A stretch of 64,000 bases of DNA from an uncultured virus (IMG/VR IMGVR_UViG_3300009499_000296). Its lineage: Duplodnaviria; Heunggongvirae; Uroviricota; Caudoviricetes. Each line of letters begins with the position of its first letter. Position 1 is the stretch's first letter. Location: the IMG/VR virus record IMGVR_UViG_3300009499_000296; one strand, written 5' to 3'. Shown here one piece after another: positions 29,263-38,895 of this stretch. A model generated the notes under the pieces. The model was not told the DNA's origin. It saw only the letters and a program-made list of their open reading frames with translations, and did no database searches. Both the position numbers and the translations under genes were made by a program.

Positions 29263-32200
29263 CTACTGCTCGTACGTCTGCCCCCACAGGTCGTTGCCCA
29301 ACTTGGGCGCTAGCCTCGCGGCTATCTGGTCACTGTCTAAGTAAACATTTACCCCCAACTGATTCCCCAACTGCGCCGTCATAGCCACCAATTGGCGCAG
29401 CAGTTTGTTGGTCTCATCCATCCCCGGTAGTTGCAGGTTGCTTCTGAGGGGAAGGACAATCTCGGGCCCAGCCTCGCCAATCCAGGTACGCATGGGACGA
29501 GTGACAATCCCTCCTCTCTGAAGACCGTCTTCTTCTTCCTCCCCATCCTTTACAATGGGAGGCAAGTAGACTGGTGGCTGTTCGCCAGTATCCAGGCTTG
29601 ATTTCCACCAATCTAGGAAACTCTCAGTAAGATGCTGGATGCTGTCTCCATCGGTGAACATCCGCTCCTGCCACCCCGTAATGTACTCGTCGTGCTGTCT
29701 CTGGATTTCCCTCCATGTCTCCTGAGTCTCATCCAGCCTCTCGTTGTAGTCTCCTGCTTTCTCAATCGCCTGCTCTTGCCACTCAAACTGCTGGCCCTGC
29801 CATTCCCTCCTGGCCTCTTCTAATTCCTCCTGAAGACCAAAGGACTCTTCGTAAAAGCCCTTAACTTTCTGTTGGTACTCGTCGCTCAGGATCTTGCGTG
29901 CCTCATACTGCTCTCGCTCAAGGGACAGTGCCTCCTCCTGAAGCATGGCAGCCGCCTCAAAGTATTCCTGGTCCTTCTTATATCTCTCATCCTGGATGGC
30001 AGCAACACCACCCTGATATTCCTGCTGCTTTGCCAGGGCTTCCCCTTGCCAGTCAAGCTGCTGAGTTTGCCATTCCCTCTGCTTCTCTTGAAGCTGCTCA
30101 TTGAGCTTGAACTGCTCTTCATACGCAGCTCGCACTCGCCCAGCATAGCCCTCTTCAAGCTTAGCCCGTTGCTCAAAGTGCTCCTTGGATTGCTCTAACC
30201 TCTCGAGCTGGAGCTGGTTGGTTTCATTAAAGTATTTGACCTCCTGGGTATGTCTGCGGTCCTCGAAATCCCAGATTTGGGACTGGCGGTCCTTCTGCTT
30301 ATCGAACTGCTGTCTTCGCTCGTTCTCTAGGATTTGTTCGCGGCGAATCTGGCGTTGGGCGGCTGCTCTTTCTGGGCCTCGACTGTACCGGAGTTGGCGC
30401 CGCAAATCTTCTTGCCGCCAACCGAATTGCATAGCGGACTGGGAAGCCTGCGTCTCCCAGTCTTCACGCGTCCAACCCCTCTGCACCATCTGCATCTGCC
30501 AGGCTTCGCCCGTCTGCTGACGCTGATAGCCAGTCTGAAGCTGGAAACCGCGCATGGAGAGTCCCCACTGCTCCTGGAACTGACGGCCCTGAAGCGCACG
30601 CTGCTGGGCTTGATAGTTGAAGGCTGCCTGCTGTTGGGCATACTGGAGTGCCGCTTGCTGGTCCTGAATGCCCCAAACGTCTGCAAGATAGCCTCTCTGC
30701 GCCCCCAGTTGGACCCCTTGCTGTTGAAGCTGCCAGCCTTGATAACCCCTGCCAAGAAGCTGCATCTGCCTCTGGGCTTCCATCTGCTCTCTCTGGTAGG
30801 GGACACGGAGTTGAAATTGCTCTCTTCGCAGCTGCCAGTTCTCAAGGAACTGGCCGTACCCCATCTCAGCCTGGGCACCTTGCTGCTCGAACCCAGCCAT
30901 TCTCTCGGCGTAGCCAATTCCCCGAAGTTGAGCCTCAATGGGCCAGACCTGCTGTGTCGTGTAAGCTCGTTGGGCCTGGAGCTGAGTAGCTTGCTGAGCT
31001 AACTGCCAGTCACGGTATCCCCGCTGCTGCTCGCGGGCAACGTCCTCGAAGTACCATCCCCGCTGCTGGTAGCGAGTCGGTGACAGAAGGTCGGCTAGAC
31101 CCTCCTGCCCCTGCTGACGAGCCCACCAACTGAGCGCCTGGGGCTGGCCTTGAAGGACTTGCCCAAAGCGAAATTGGGCGGGCTGTGGGAGCTCCAAGAG
31201 TGGGGCCTGCTGCTCCCAAGGGATAGGGGCCCGTTGCTGCAATTGACCCAGAAGCGGCCCTGCTCTCTGAAGCTGGAAGGGAAGAGCGCGTCTTTGCTGC
31301 TGAGTAAGGCCCTGTAGCCATTCAGCAATACCCTGAGCCCCGGGAGCACCAGGGGTAACACCAAATCCCTGTATCGCCTGCCCTAACAGGCCAGGGACGT
31401 TGATCCCCATCTGAGCCTGTTGCCCGGCCCACTCGATGAAGGGCTGTTGCTCTCTGGTAATTCCCAGGGTTCCAAGGGTAGTAACAAGTTGAGCACGCTG
31501 CTGCGTAGTCATGTAGGGGAGATCGAGCTGCTCAAGCCAGGCTTGGAACTCCCCTTGTGGCTCCCTGGCGGTTGGCTGCAACTCCAGGCCGGGGTGCCAG
31601 AAGGTGCGAGGCTGTCCAGGTCGAATCAGACCCGGAGCCCAGTCCTCCTCCCGAAGTCGCCCCGCTGCATACAGGCCCGTTCCAGCAGCAGCAGTCACTC
31701 CTGCTGCCCCTAAAGCAACAGGCCAGAAGGCAGCCCCCGCAGCCGTAGCAAGCGCCCCCGCAGCTAGTCCTGCTCCTGCACTCGGCAATCCAATAGCAGC
31801 CAGTGGCCCCCACCTTCTTGCCGCTTCAGGTTGTGCCAGAGCCCCGGCCAGGCGTCCCCAAACTTCCCATGCTCCTGCACCAAGAGCTGCCCGTGCCTGC
31901 TGAGCCTGTACCTGAGCTTGAAGTGCCTGAGCAGGAACACCCGTTATCCCAGGCTGTCCTCCCATCTGATAGGCAGCTTGCTGAACGGCGAGTTGCTCTT
32001 GGGTGTACGCTCCCATCCACTGCTGAACGGGCTGCATGAACATTCGCTGCAACCGGGCCATGTAGATTAAGCCCCAGCCGCTAGTCATGTATCGCAGTAT
32101 GCCTTGCCCGGCCCCTCTCAGTCCACCGCCACCCTCTCCGCCAAATGCCTGTGCCTGTCTTAGATAGTCGAGCATAGGCCCTGCCCCAACTAGGGCCTCA

Positions 32201-35200
32201 GCCCTGACTCCTGCCCCCGGAACAGCCATGAGCTGCTGTACCGCAGCGGGAACTTGCCCTTCCCCCTGTCTCTGTATCCGTTCTGCCTGCTCAGTTATGT
32301 CCTGATAGGTCTTCCCCCAGCGAGCAGCAACCCCCAGCATCTTCTGCTGTTCCTGATTGAGGTTTTCACCCGAGGAGATGAGCTTGTCTATCGTCTGTCC
32401 CCACTCTGTTAGCCCTCTGGCAGCATAGCCTAACTGTGCTGCTTCCTCTTCTCCTATCCTCGCTGGGCCAGTTCTCGCAAACGCCGTGACACCGCCCGTC
32501 CCCGTGGGGGTGACGTTGAGAAAACCACCCTGCCGCCATATCTCGCCCCACAATGGTCCCATCCCACCTCCACCCATGGGTGGCGCCCCACCCGCAGGCG
32601 GTACCGTCGGCCTTTGAGGTGGCATCCCGCCAGCCAATGGGCGAGTCGGCGCACCAGGAACCCTACCCCTTCCTCCCCAGAACTCGGCTGCCGTTGGGTG
32701 AGTAGGGGCTCCGGCAGCAGCCCCAGCCGCCGTGGGTTCCATTTGCTCCCGTAACCTCATCTGGTTGGCCTGCGCCAGTGCCTCCTGATATTGGGTGGCC
32801 CCCTGTAGCCCTGCCTCCAGATATTGCTGTGCCCCCTGTGGCCCCGCTATCCCGCGGGCCTCTGCCAATATCTCCTGCGCTCTCTCATCCGCCTCCGTAT
32901 ACTGCGCTACCCGTTCCGCCTGCTTTGGAGTTATCCCAGCAGCAGCTGCTCCCAGTTCAGCTCCTACTTCAGGAACACCTGGCAGCCCCCACTCTTCTCT
33001 CCCCAGAGCATAGAGTTGGGCCATCCCAGGAGTGGCTGCGAAGGGCTGCCTAAGCGTCTCCCACAGTCTGCCAACGGAGATCTTCCTTCTGCCTATAAAT
33101 TCTGTTGCTCTCCGCGCAGCCTGCCCCAACCGACCCATGCGCTTTTCTTCGGGTCCCATCTCAAAGAACTGGGCACCACGTGCTGTCTGCTTCCAGCCTT
33201 GCTGGGGCAACCCGCGGGCCATTTCCTGCTCTCTGATCATGGCTATGATGGGAGACTCCTCAGTGGCCAATCCCGCCACCTCGGGCCATCTCTCCTGCTC
33301 GATGAGACGCTGTATCTCTGGAGCCTGCTCCATTGTGGGGGCCAGGAGGGCCGCCCGGGCATGCGAAGGCCACTCGGGAACCTGGGCGAAGGTCTGAGCC
33401 AGACGGCCTATCTGCCACTGTCCCTTGCCCATCTCCTCAAACTGGAGCTCCTCGCCAGGCTGAAGGTGTAAGCCCTTGGCCATGAACCCCGACTTTGCTC
33501 CAAGTGCCGAAAAGGCTTCCAACCCTGTCTTCAGTTGCTCAGACAGAGGGCGTATATCCAGGGCGGGCTGCAAGGCTCCTGTGGTAACAGCTCTCAAAGC
33601 CTCTTCTCTGCCAGCCATGTGGGGAGGCAAGGCCCTCAGGAAAGCTGTATGGGCAAGACCCATTGCCTGACCAGCCACGAGGGCCCCTCTTGCTTCTTCC
33701 TGCAAGCGGCCAGGGGTTACCCGATGCTCCTGCATGAACCATTCTTTGACCTGCTCCATAGTCTGAGGCCCTAGTCCCTGTGCCCAGGAAGCCATCTCCT
33801 CCCATTCTGTCAAAGGCTCCTGGACCCCTCCTGGCCCCCGAGCTCCTCCTCTTAAGATGTCTTGAGGCGTTGCCTCTCTCCCTAATTGCTGCTCTAGTCT
33901 CTGAATTCTCTCAGGCGCGTGGATCCGCATCATCTCTAGGAAGCGCTGAGGGACGTCGCCCTGCTCCTCCAGCAGCTTTTCCCCTCCCCAGAGCTCGTAA
34001 GCACCGGGTTCCTCCCTCCCCGCATAGGGTGTGCCAGGCCCCCAGCGAGTAGGGGGTGTCCACCTTTCACTGGACTCCAAGACAGCTATAAAGCGGTCAC
34101 GATCAACGTCTGATATTCCCGTCGCAAGTCGGTACTGCGATACTGCAAAGCCAGGCCCCATCTCTCGGAGCTGTGCGCCCCGCTCTTGGGCCATCTCCTC
34201 TGAGAGAACCCGTGCCCGATAGGACATCATGGCCTCGACATCTGGAGCAGGCCTACCCCAGATTCTGGCTACAGCAGGCTCCTCCCTCAGCCTCTCCTTC
34301 AGGACCGCCAGGCGCTCCGCTCCACCAGGTGCTTTCGGGTCAAACCCGAACAGCCGGGCTAGCGCAACATTACCGAAAGCCGCTTCAGCAGGTGCCAAAG
34401 CTGTCTCGCCCCAGGCAGGGGCCTCAACCGCCCTTCTGGGAGCAGCAGACCAAGCCATACGCCGTACCCGTCCTGACTCGGCAAAGCGCCCCATCTCTGT
34501 AACAAGTCCCATCCCAGCACGCTCGGCAAGTTCCTCTGAACGCGCCCCACCCAGGCCCGCCTTTCCTCTCAACCACCCCCCGTAAAGGGCAACCATCCGG
34601 GACTGGGTGCGCTTCTCCATCTCCTCTTCGAGGGGAATAAACTTGTGCTCCGCTGCCAATCCTATCATGGCCCGAGGACTGGGGAAGGTCACTTTCTGCC
34701 CAATAAGGCTGGTCTCAAGAGGTCCCACCCCAAGTTTGGCAGCAGCCTCAATTATTGTTCTCCTCCCTATTCTTCCCTCAGGCTGCAATTCCCTTGCTGT
34801 GGCTGCCATTTGAGCCCAGGGCGCCTGCTCGACCGGGGTGCCTCTGAGTGTACCCAGCATAGCCTGAATAGGCTCTCGATACCTGGCCCTCCACCCGGCG
34901 CTTTCATGAAAAAGCCTCTCGCCGAACTCGGGTGTAGTCTGCATGAAGTAGCCTAATTCCTCGGGATTTACCGTGGGACGGCGGCCCACGTACTCCAGCT
35001 GGGGCTGGAGCATCATCGGGCCGACATAAGTAGGGTACTGTGCTGGAACTTCCCAGCGCCCAGGTGCCACCTCCCGCTGCGCTCGCAGCCCCTCCGGCAG
35101 ACCGCCCAGCAGGCTCTCGTGGAAGACGGGGGTGTACTGCCTTATCTCCATGCGCCTCTCAATGAGGCCCCAAGCAGTGCTCATAACCTGATGATGGGTC

Positions 35201-36036
35201 TCAGCGGTCCAATCCAATTTGCCGCCGCGCAGGGGCAGCCCCAGGGCTTGCAGACCTTCTGGGGATAGTTCTGACAGGATACCCCGGGCCCAACCTATGG
35301 GTTCCTTGGGCATACCAAAGAGTATTTCCATCCCCGCTGGAACTGCTCCGGGCGCTGGGTACGCTTTGAGTCCCATGCTTCCAACGGCGAAGAGCTCCTG
35401 ACCAAAGCGCTCAAAGCCCGGCCTGTAAAGAGCCCCACCCGCAGGTAGCGGCCCCCCAAACATCACGCCCACCTGGTAAATACCACCTACCTCAGGCGGA
35501 TAACCCATCATGGACACGGACGAGGTTTCCAGGGGTCTCCCCATAGGAATGGCGGCCTCCCGTACTGCAAGTTGCGCCCGAGTCAGAGCCTTCTCGGGTG
35601 GTACACCAAAGATAAACTCCCCTGTCGCTGGATCATAGGGCGTTGTAGCCGCCAGGCTCCCACTGAGCCAGGCGTGAACTGAGCCCTTCCGTATGAGCCA
35701 CTCCTGACCTGTCGGGGGTGTGGGCAGTTCGGCTCTTTCAGGGAATATCTGAGGCACTATCTCTCCGGGAACCTCCGCCTCTTTCCCAGGAATTCTCACT
35801 GCGGTTCTTAGCCTGGCCTTAGCAGCCTCGGGCAGATACCGTGTAGGCTCCTCCTGGTATGCGTACCACTGTTGCTGTTGGGGAATTCCAGCATAGCCTG
35901 TCCCATACCAGGGCTCCTCCTGCCAGGGAGATGGCCCAGTTCTTGGTAGCCCAGCAAACTCCTGCGGGGAGATGTAAGGGTCCCTACCTCTCCCAACTTG
36001 TAGGGCTTGCTGCCTTAGATACTCTGAATAAGCCAT
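29263..36036 (-). CDS. tape measure protein with an N-terminal two-barrel RNA-polymerase-like region
   Basis: 2257 aa after the tail chaperones; C-terminal Q/E coiled coil, hydrophobic segment and GGIVTRP..IGEAGPE tape-measure motif; N-terminal beta/beta'-like motifs including DVDRD. Confidence 0.8.
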   Translation of the reverse strand: MAYSEYLRQQALQVGRGRDPYISPQEFAGLPRTGPSPWQEEPWYGTGYAGIPQQQQWYAYQEEPTRYLPEAAKARLRTAVRIPGKEAEVPGEIVPQIFPERAELPTPPTGQEWLIRKGSVHAWLSGSLAATTPYDPATGEFIFGVPPEKALTRAQLAVREAAIPMGRPLETSSVSMMGYPPEVGGIYQVGVMFGGPLPAGGALYRPGFERFGQELFAVGSMGLKAYPAPGAVPAGMEILFGMPKEPIGWARGILSELSPEGLQALGLPLRGGKLDWTAETHHQVMSTAWGLIERRMEIRQYTPVFHESLLGGLPEGLRAQREVAPGRWEVPAQYPTYVGPMMLQPQLEYVGRRPTVNPEELGYFMQTTPEFGERLFHESAGWRARYREPIQAMLGTLRGTPVEQAPWAQMAATARELQPEGRIGRRTIIEAAAKLGVGPLETSLIGQKVTFPSPRAMIGLAAEHKFIPLEEEMEKRTQSRMVALYGGWLRGKAGLGGARSEELAERAGMGLVTEMGRFAESGRVRRMAWSAAPRRAVEAPAWGETALAPAEAAFGNVALARLFGFDPKAPGGAERLAVLKERLREEPAVARIWGRPAPDVEAMMSYRARVLSEEMAQERGAQLREMGPGFAVSQYRLATGISDVDRDRFIAVLESSERWTPPTRWGPGTPYAGREEPGAYELWGGEKLLEEQGDVPQRFLEMMRIHAPERIQRLEQQLGREATPQDILRGGARGPGGVQEPLTEWEEMASWAQGLGPQTMEQVKEWFMQEHRVTPGRLQEEARGALVAGQAMGLAHTAFLRALPPHMAGREEALRAVTTGALQPALDIRPLSEQLKTGLEAFSALGAKSGFMAKGLHLQPGEELQFEEMGKGQWQIGRLAQTFAQVPEWPSHARAALLAPTMEQAPEIQRLIEQERWPEVAGLATEESPIIAMIREQEMARGLPQQGWKQTARGAQFFEMGPEEKRMGRLGQAARRATEFIGRRKISVGRLWETLRQPFAATPGMAQLYALGREEWGLPGVPEVGAELGAAAAGITPKQAERVAQYTEADERAQEILAEARGIAGPQGAQQYLEAGLQGATQYQEALAQANQMRLREQMEPTAAGAAAGAPTHPTAAEFWGGRGRVPGAPTRPLAGGMPPQRPTVPPAGGAPPMGGGGMGPLWGEIWRQGGFLNVTPTGTGGVTAFARTGPARIGEEEAAQLGYAARGLTEWGQTIDKLISSGENLNQEQQKMLGVAARWGKTYQDITEQAERIQRQGEGQVPAAVQQLMAVPGAGVRAEALVGAGPMLDYLRQAQAFGGEGGGGLRGAGQGILRYMTSGWGLIYMARLQRMFMQPVQQWMGAYTQEQLAVQQAAYQMGGQPGITGVPAQALQAQVQAQQARAALGAGAWEVWGRLAGALAQPEAARRWGPLAAIGLPSAGAGLAAGALATAAGAAFWPVALGAAGVTAAAGTGLYAAGRLREEDWAPGLIRPGQPRTFWHPGLELQPTAREPQGEFQAWLEQLDLPYMTTQQRAQLVTTLGTLGITREQQPFIEWAGQQAQMGINVPGLLGQAIQGFGVTPGAPGAQGIAEWLQGLTQQQRRALPFQLQRAGPLLGQLQQRAPIPWEQQAPLLELPQPAQFRFGQVLQGQPQALSWWARQQGQEGLADLLSPTRYQQRGWYFEDVAREQQRGYRDWQLAQQATQLQAQRAYTTQQVWPIEAQLRGIGYAERMAGFEQQGAQAEMGYGQFLENWQLRREQFQLRVPYQREQMEAQRQMQLLGRGYQGWQLQQQGVQLGAQRGYLADVWGIQDQQAALQYAQQQAAFNYQAQQRALQGRQFQEQWGLSMRGFQLQTGYQRQQTGEAWQMQMVQRGWTREDWETQASQSAMQFGWRQEDLRRQLRYSRGPERAAAQRQIRREQILENERRQQFDKQKDRQSQIWDFEDRRHTQEVKYFNETNQLQLERLEQSKEHFEQRAKLEEGYAGRVRAAYEEQFKLNEQLQEKQREWQTQQLDWQGEALAKQQEYQGGVAAIQDERYKKDQEYFEAAAMLQEEALSLEREQYEARKILSDEYQQKVKGFYEESFGLQEELEEARREWQGQQFEWQEQAIEKAGDYNERLDETQETWREIQRQHDEYITGWQERMFTDGDSIQHLTESFLDWWKSSLDTGEQPPVYLPPIVKDGEEEEDGLQRGGIVTRPMRTWIGEAGPEIVLPLRSNLQLPGMDETNKLLRQLVAMTAQLGNQLGVNVYLDSDQIAARLAPKLGNDLWGQTYEQ

Positions 36037-36057
36037 CTTTACCCTCTAGGCATATAA

Positions 36058-36090
36058 AAGAGAAAAGCGACAGCTCTTGTGGCTGCCGCT
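36058..36090 (-). terminator. terminator/attenuator hairpin
   Basis: AGCGGCAGC-N7-GCTGTCGCT-TTTCTCTTTT. Confidence 0.7.
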
Positions 36091-36110
36091 ACTTGGTTCA
36101 CCCTACTCTT

Positions 36111-36140
36111 ATTATAGCATAAATAGGGCGAGGTTGTCAA
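36111..36140 (-). promoter_or_regulatory. sigma70-type promoter
   Basis: TTGACA-N18-TATAAT with TG extension. Confidence 0.75.
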
Positions 36141-36173
36141 ATAGTATGGGGAACTCACAAGGTGCGGAGGCGT

Positions 36174-36411
36174 TCACCTTGCTTGTTCCCCATTTACCGT
36201 TTGGAAACTCCTTATCGTATCCGACACTATCCGCAGGTCTCCCCACAAATAGTGCGGCTGGTCTTCTATACCCCCCACAGCCCAGAGTGCACCGAACTCC
36301 TTCATCTGTTCCGACAAGCCTAATAACCAGGGGCGTGGGGGGATTTCCCCGCCTGCTGACCCAGGCTGGGACAGCATGACGATAGCAGTGAGATACTCTT
36401 CTACCTCATCT
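36174..36411 (-). CDS. tail assembly chaperone, second (T) frame; probably expressed by frameshift
   Basis: GGIEDQPHYLW motif; frame open upstream without a start codon or RBS. Confidence 0.55.
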
Positions 36412-36846
36412 CTAAGTTGCCTCCTCCGGTGGCTCAGTAACTCCCGGCCACTCTTGAAACGAACCCTCCTCTGTAACCGCCCGCCGAGGGTTCCAGTCTG
36501 GAGCTACTTCTAGGGCCTTCTCGTTTAGAAGGTCGCCGATCTCTGGAGGGAAGATGGTATGCCACCCGTCTAAGAACTCCTTCCAGGTCAGCTTGTGGTT
36601 CTTCAGCTTTGCAGGATTCCACAAGGGGGTGCCGTCAGCCTTCTCCAGGTCAACTTCTCTCAGGCTGAAGTAGACGTTAGCTGCGTGTTCTGCCTCCAGC
36701 GTCCAGGAACCCTCGCGCCACATTCTTCCAAGCAGGTTCTGGCGCAGCATATACTCTCTGTTGGTTGGCTGCTGGAAGAGACAGTCAAAAGAGTCATCCC
36801 CCATCTGGACAGTCACAGGGACTTCCAAGGGTACTGTTAAACGCAT
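36412..36846 (-). CDS. tail assembly chaperone (G-like)
   Basis: between tail tube and tape measure; AAGGAGG RBS. Confidence 0.7.
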   Translation of the reverse strand: MRLTVPLEVPVTVQMGDDSFDCLFQQPTNREYMLRQNLLGRMWREGSWTLEAEHAANVYFSLREVDLEKADGTPLWNPAKLKNHKLTWKEFLDGWHTIFPPEIGDLLNEKALEVAPDWNPRRAVTEEGSFQEWPGVTEPPEEAT

Positions 36847-36882
36847 TGTTTGCCTCCTTTATCTAGTTACGTAGGCCGAAGA

Positions 36883-37959
36883 TCAGCTCCCAGGCCAAGT
36901 ATAATTTTCTGTCGCATTCTCCAGCGAAATCTTGAAGGCTGTCAGGCTGGCTGGCTTTACAACGGTGCCTGTAAAGTTCACCAGAACAGGCTGATTCCCT
37001 ACCATGACGATAGGATCCACTACCCACTCCACCTCCCCAGCGTAGACTGTCAGCTTGTAGGGATTGGCCGTTCCACACAGCCCCGGGGATTCGCAGTTTA
37101 CCTCAAAGGTTGAGGAGTAGGTGATGGGATCCCACTCAGCGAAGGAGGCCTGCCCACTGGCGTCAGTTACGTTGAAGATGGCCGTTGACCACTTATCGTA
37201 GTTGGTAACCTTCAGAGGGAAGCGGATGATTACCCCTCTTCCTAGCACTGCCAGGTCGTCGGGATAATACTTTCCTATCACGCCTTCCTGTCGTACGGGA
37301 TCGGTCAGGCCATTGGTAAAGTCAATGACGCAGCCCATCGGGTAAACAGCGGAGCCCTCAGGCATCTCGAAGCCTCCGCTTGGCTTGGCCGAGATGGGAA
37401 TAGAGTCCTCCTCCTCAAAGGCAGTGGACCAAGAAGCGTTGGCAGCCGGATCGGCGAGGAACTCAGGCTTGGTTCCCAGAAAGTCAAGCCTCATTCGGAC
37501 CCTTCCTCTTCCTGGAAGCACGAGCCTCATAGCCGCCATCTTGGCGTCGGTTATCCTCAAGCCGATGTCCTCTGTAGCTGAAGAGCCTGGCATCCACTTG
37601 GCCAAAGTCAGCCAGGGGATAGAAGACTCATCTGTAGCAAAGGTGAACTCATGGTGGTGCATATCATTCTCGGGGCTATCAGCTGTCGTAGCACACGATC
37701 CCATCATCCCGTAGAACAGCCATCCGATGTCGTCCTCTAACCGCGGAGAGATATCCACTCCACCTGCTGCGTGGGCTCCAGTCTTGATGAGACCCGTGGG
37801 GAGGATCGTCCCTCCCACCTCGGGGTCAAGGACTTCCCGGCTCTCCACTATGCCCAGGTCAACGTTGTGTGCCCTATGCCAGTAGCTTATCGCTGCTACC
37901 GACTCCTTCGCAGTCTGACAGCCCCAGCCAAACGCTCCGCGTGAACTTGTGACGGTCAA
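36883..37959 (-). CDS. tail tube (major tail) protein
   Basis: FGWGCQTAKES...HHHEFTF...ISLENATENY; gene order. Confidence 0.8.
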   Translation of the reverse strand: MTVTSSRGAFGWGCQTAKESVAAISYWHRAHNVDLGIVESREVLDPEVGGTILPTGLIKTGAHAAGGVDISPRLEDDIGWLFYGMMGSCATTADSPENDMHHHEFTFATDESSIPWLTLAKWMPGSSATEDIGLRITDAKMAAMRLVLPGRGRVRMRLDFLGTKPEFLADPAANASWSTAFEEEDSIPISAKPSGGFEMPEGSAVYPMGCVIDFTNGLTDPVRQEGVIGKYYPDDLAVLGRGVIIRFPLKVTNYDKWSTAIFNVTDASGQASFAEWDPITYSSTFEVNCESPGLCGTANPYKLTVYAGEVEWVVDPIVMVGNQPVLVNFTGTVVKPASLTAFKISLENATENYTWPGS

Positions 37960-37968
37960 TGTTCTTAC

Positions 37969-38895
37969 CTACCTCGCCCCCGAGTAAGTCTGGATGTATT
38001 TGCGCACCCAGATGTCTATGTCCCTATTCTTGCGCACCCACTTCCGTCCGTTGTCGGATAACTTTTTCCTCAGTCTCCCGTCCTCTACCAGCAGGGATAT
38101 GGCCTCGTCCCAGTTTCCCTTGACTAACAAGCCATTGTGCCTCTGATTTACGACCCTACGGTAAACGGGGTGATCAGAGCACACTGGAACGCAGCCCTGG
38201 CTCATTCCCTCCAAGGCCTTCACACCGCTCTTAAAGAGATTGAAACTATCGTCGTTCAACGGACAGAGCAGGATATCTATTTCCCTAATGGTATCGGGAT
38301 ACTCCTCGTACTTCTTCCAGGGGATAAACTTCACGTCTAAATCCCTCAAGTACCCTGGGAAGTATCCACCCACCACGATTCTTACGTTGTCGTATCTCTC
38401 CTGTATTCTTCTTAACGGTTCCTCAACTTGTCGCCAGTCATCCAGATGCGAGGCCCCGCCCACCAGCCCCACTGTCAGGGGGTGGTCCTTGGGTCTGTAT
38501 GCCCACAGAGAAAAGTCCAAACAGTTAGGCAGCACCACCGCATTGAGTATCTTCTTCTTCAGGGCTGGCGTGGAGACCGTATTGACGTGAGCTAGCCGAG
38601 CCATGCAGAGCGGATCGAACTTGGAGGCCGCAAAGTGCCCATAGGGATCATCGTCTGCATCGTGGACGATCGTTTGCCCCCCAGCCCTCAGGAGGGAAAC
38701 CAGGTGCTCCAGGACCTTCTCCGGGCCCATCCAGTTGCGGAACACCAACACGTTCCACTGGGATACTCTGTAGTCCTTCATATCCAGGGAGGGTATCACG
38801 TCAGCCTTGATGCCCCTCCTCCTCATGGCAGCAGCCGGGACGAGGCTTCTGTAACTCTCCTGGTGGTTCCCATCCACGACGAAGCATACGCTCAA
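37969..38895 (-). CDS. GT-B (GT4-like) glycosyltransferase
   Basis: HDADDD, VSTPAL, VLPNCLD, DILLCPLNDDSFNLFKSGVKALE; TTG start overlapping the upstream TGA. Confidence 0.85.
   Translation of the reverse strand: MSVCFVVDGNHQESYRSLVPAAAMRRRGIKADVIPSLDMKDYRVSQWNVLVFRNWMGPEKVLEHLVSLLRAGGQTIVHDADDDPYGHFAASKFDPLCMARLAHVNTVSTPALKKKILNAVVLPNCLDFSLWAYRPKDHPLTVGLVGGASHLDDWRQVEEPLRRIQERYDNVRIVVGGYFPGYLRDLDVKFIPWKKYEEYPDTIREIDILLCPLNDDSFNLFKSGVKALEGMSQGCVPVCSDHPVYRRVVNQRHNGLLVKGNWDEAISLLVEDGRLRKKLSDNGRKWVRKNRDIDIWVRKYIQTYSGAR

Noticed and set aside
29263..36036. Stop-codon reassignment suggested by Gln-rich ORFs
   Set aside because: Long ORFs are intact under code 11 and TAG, TGA and TAA all end genes at sensible boundaries
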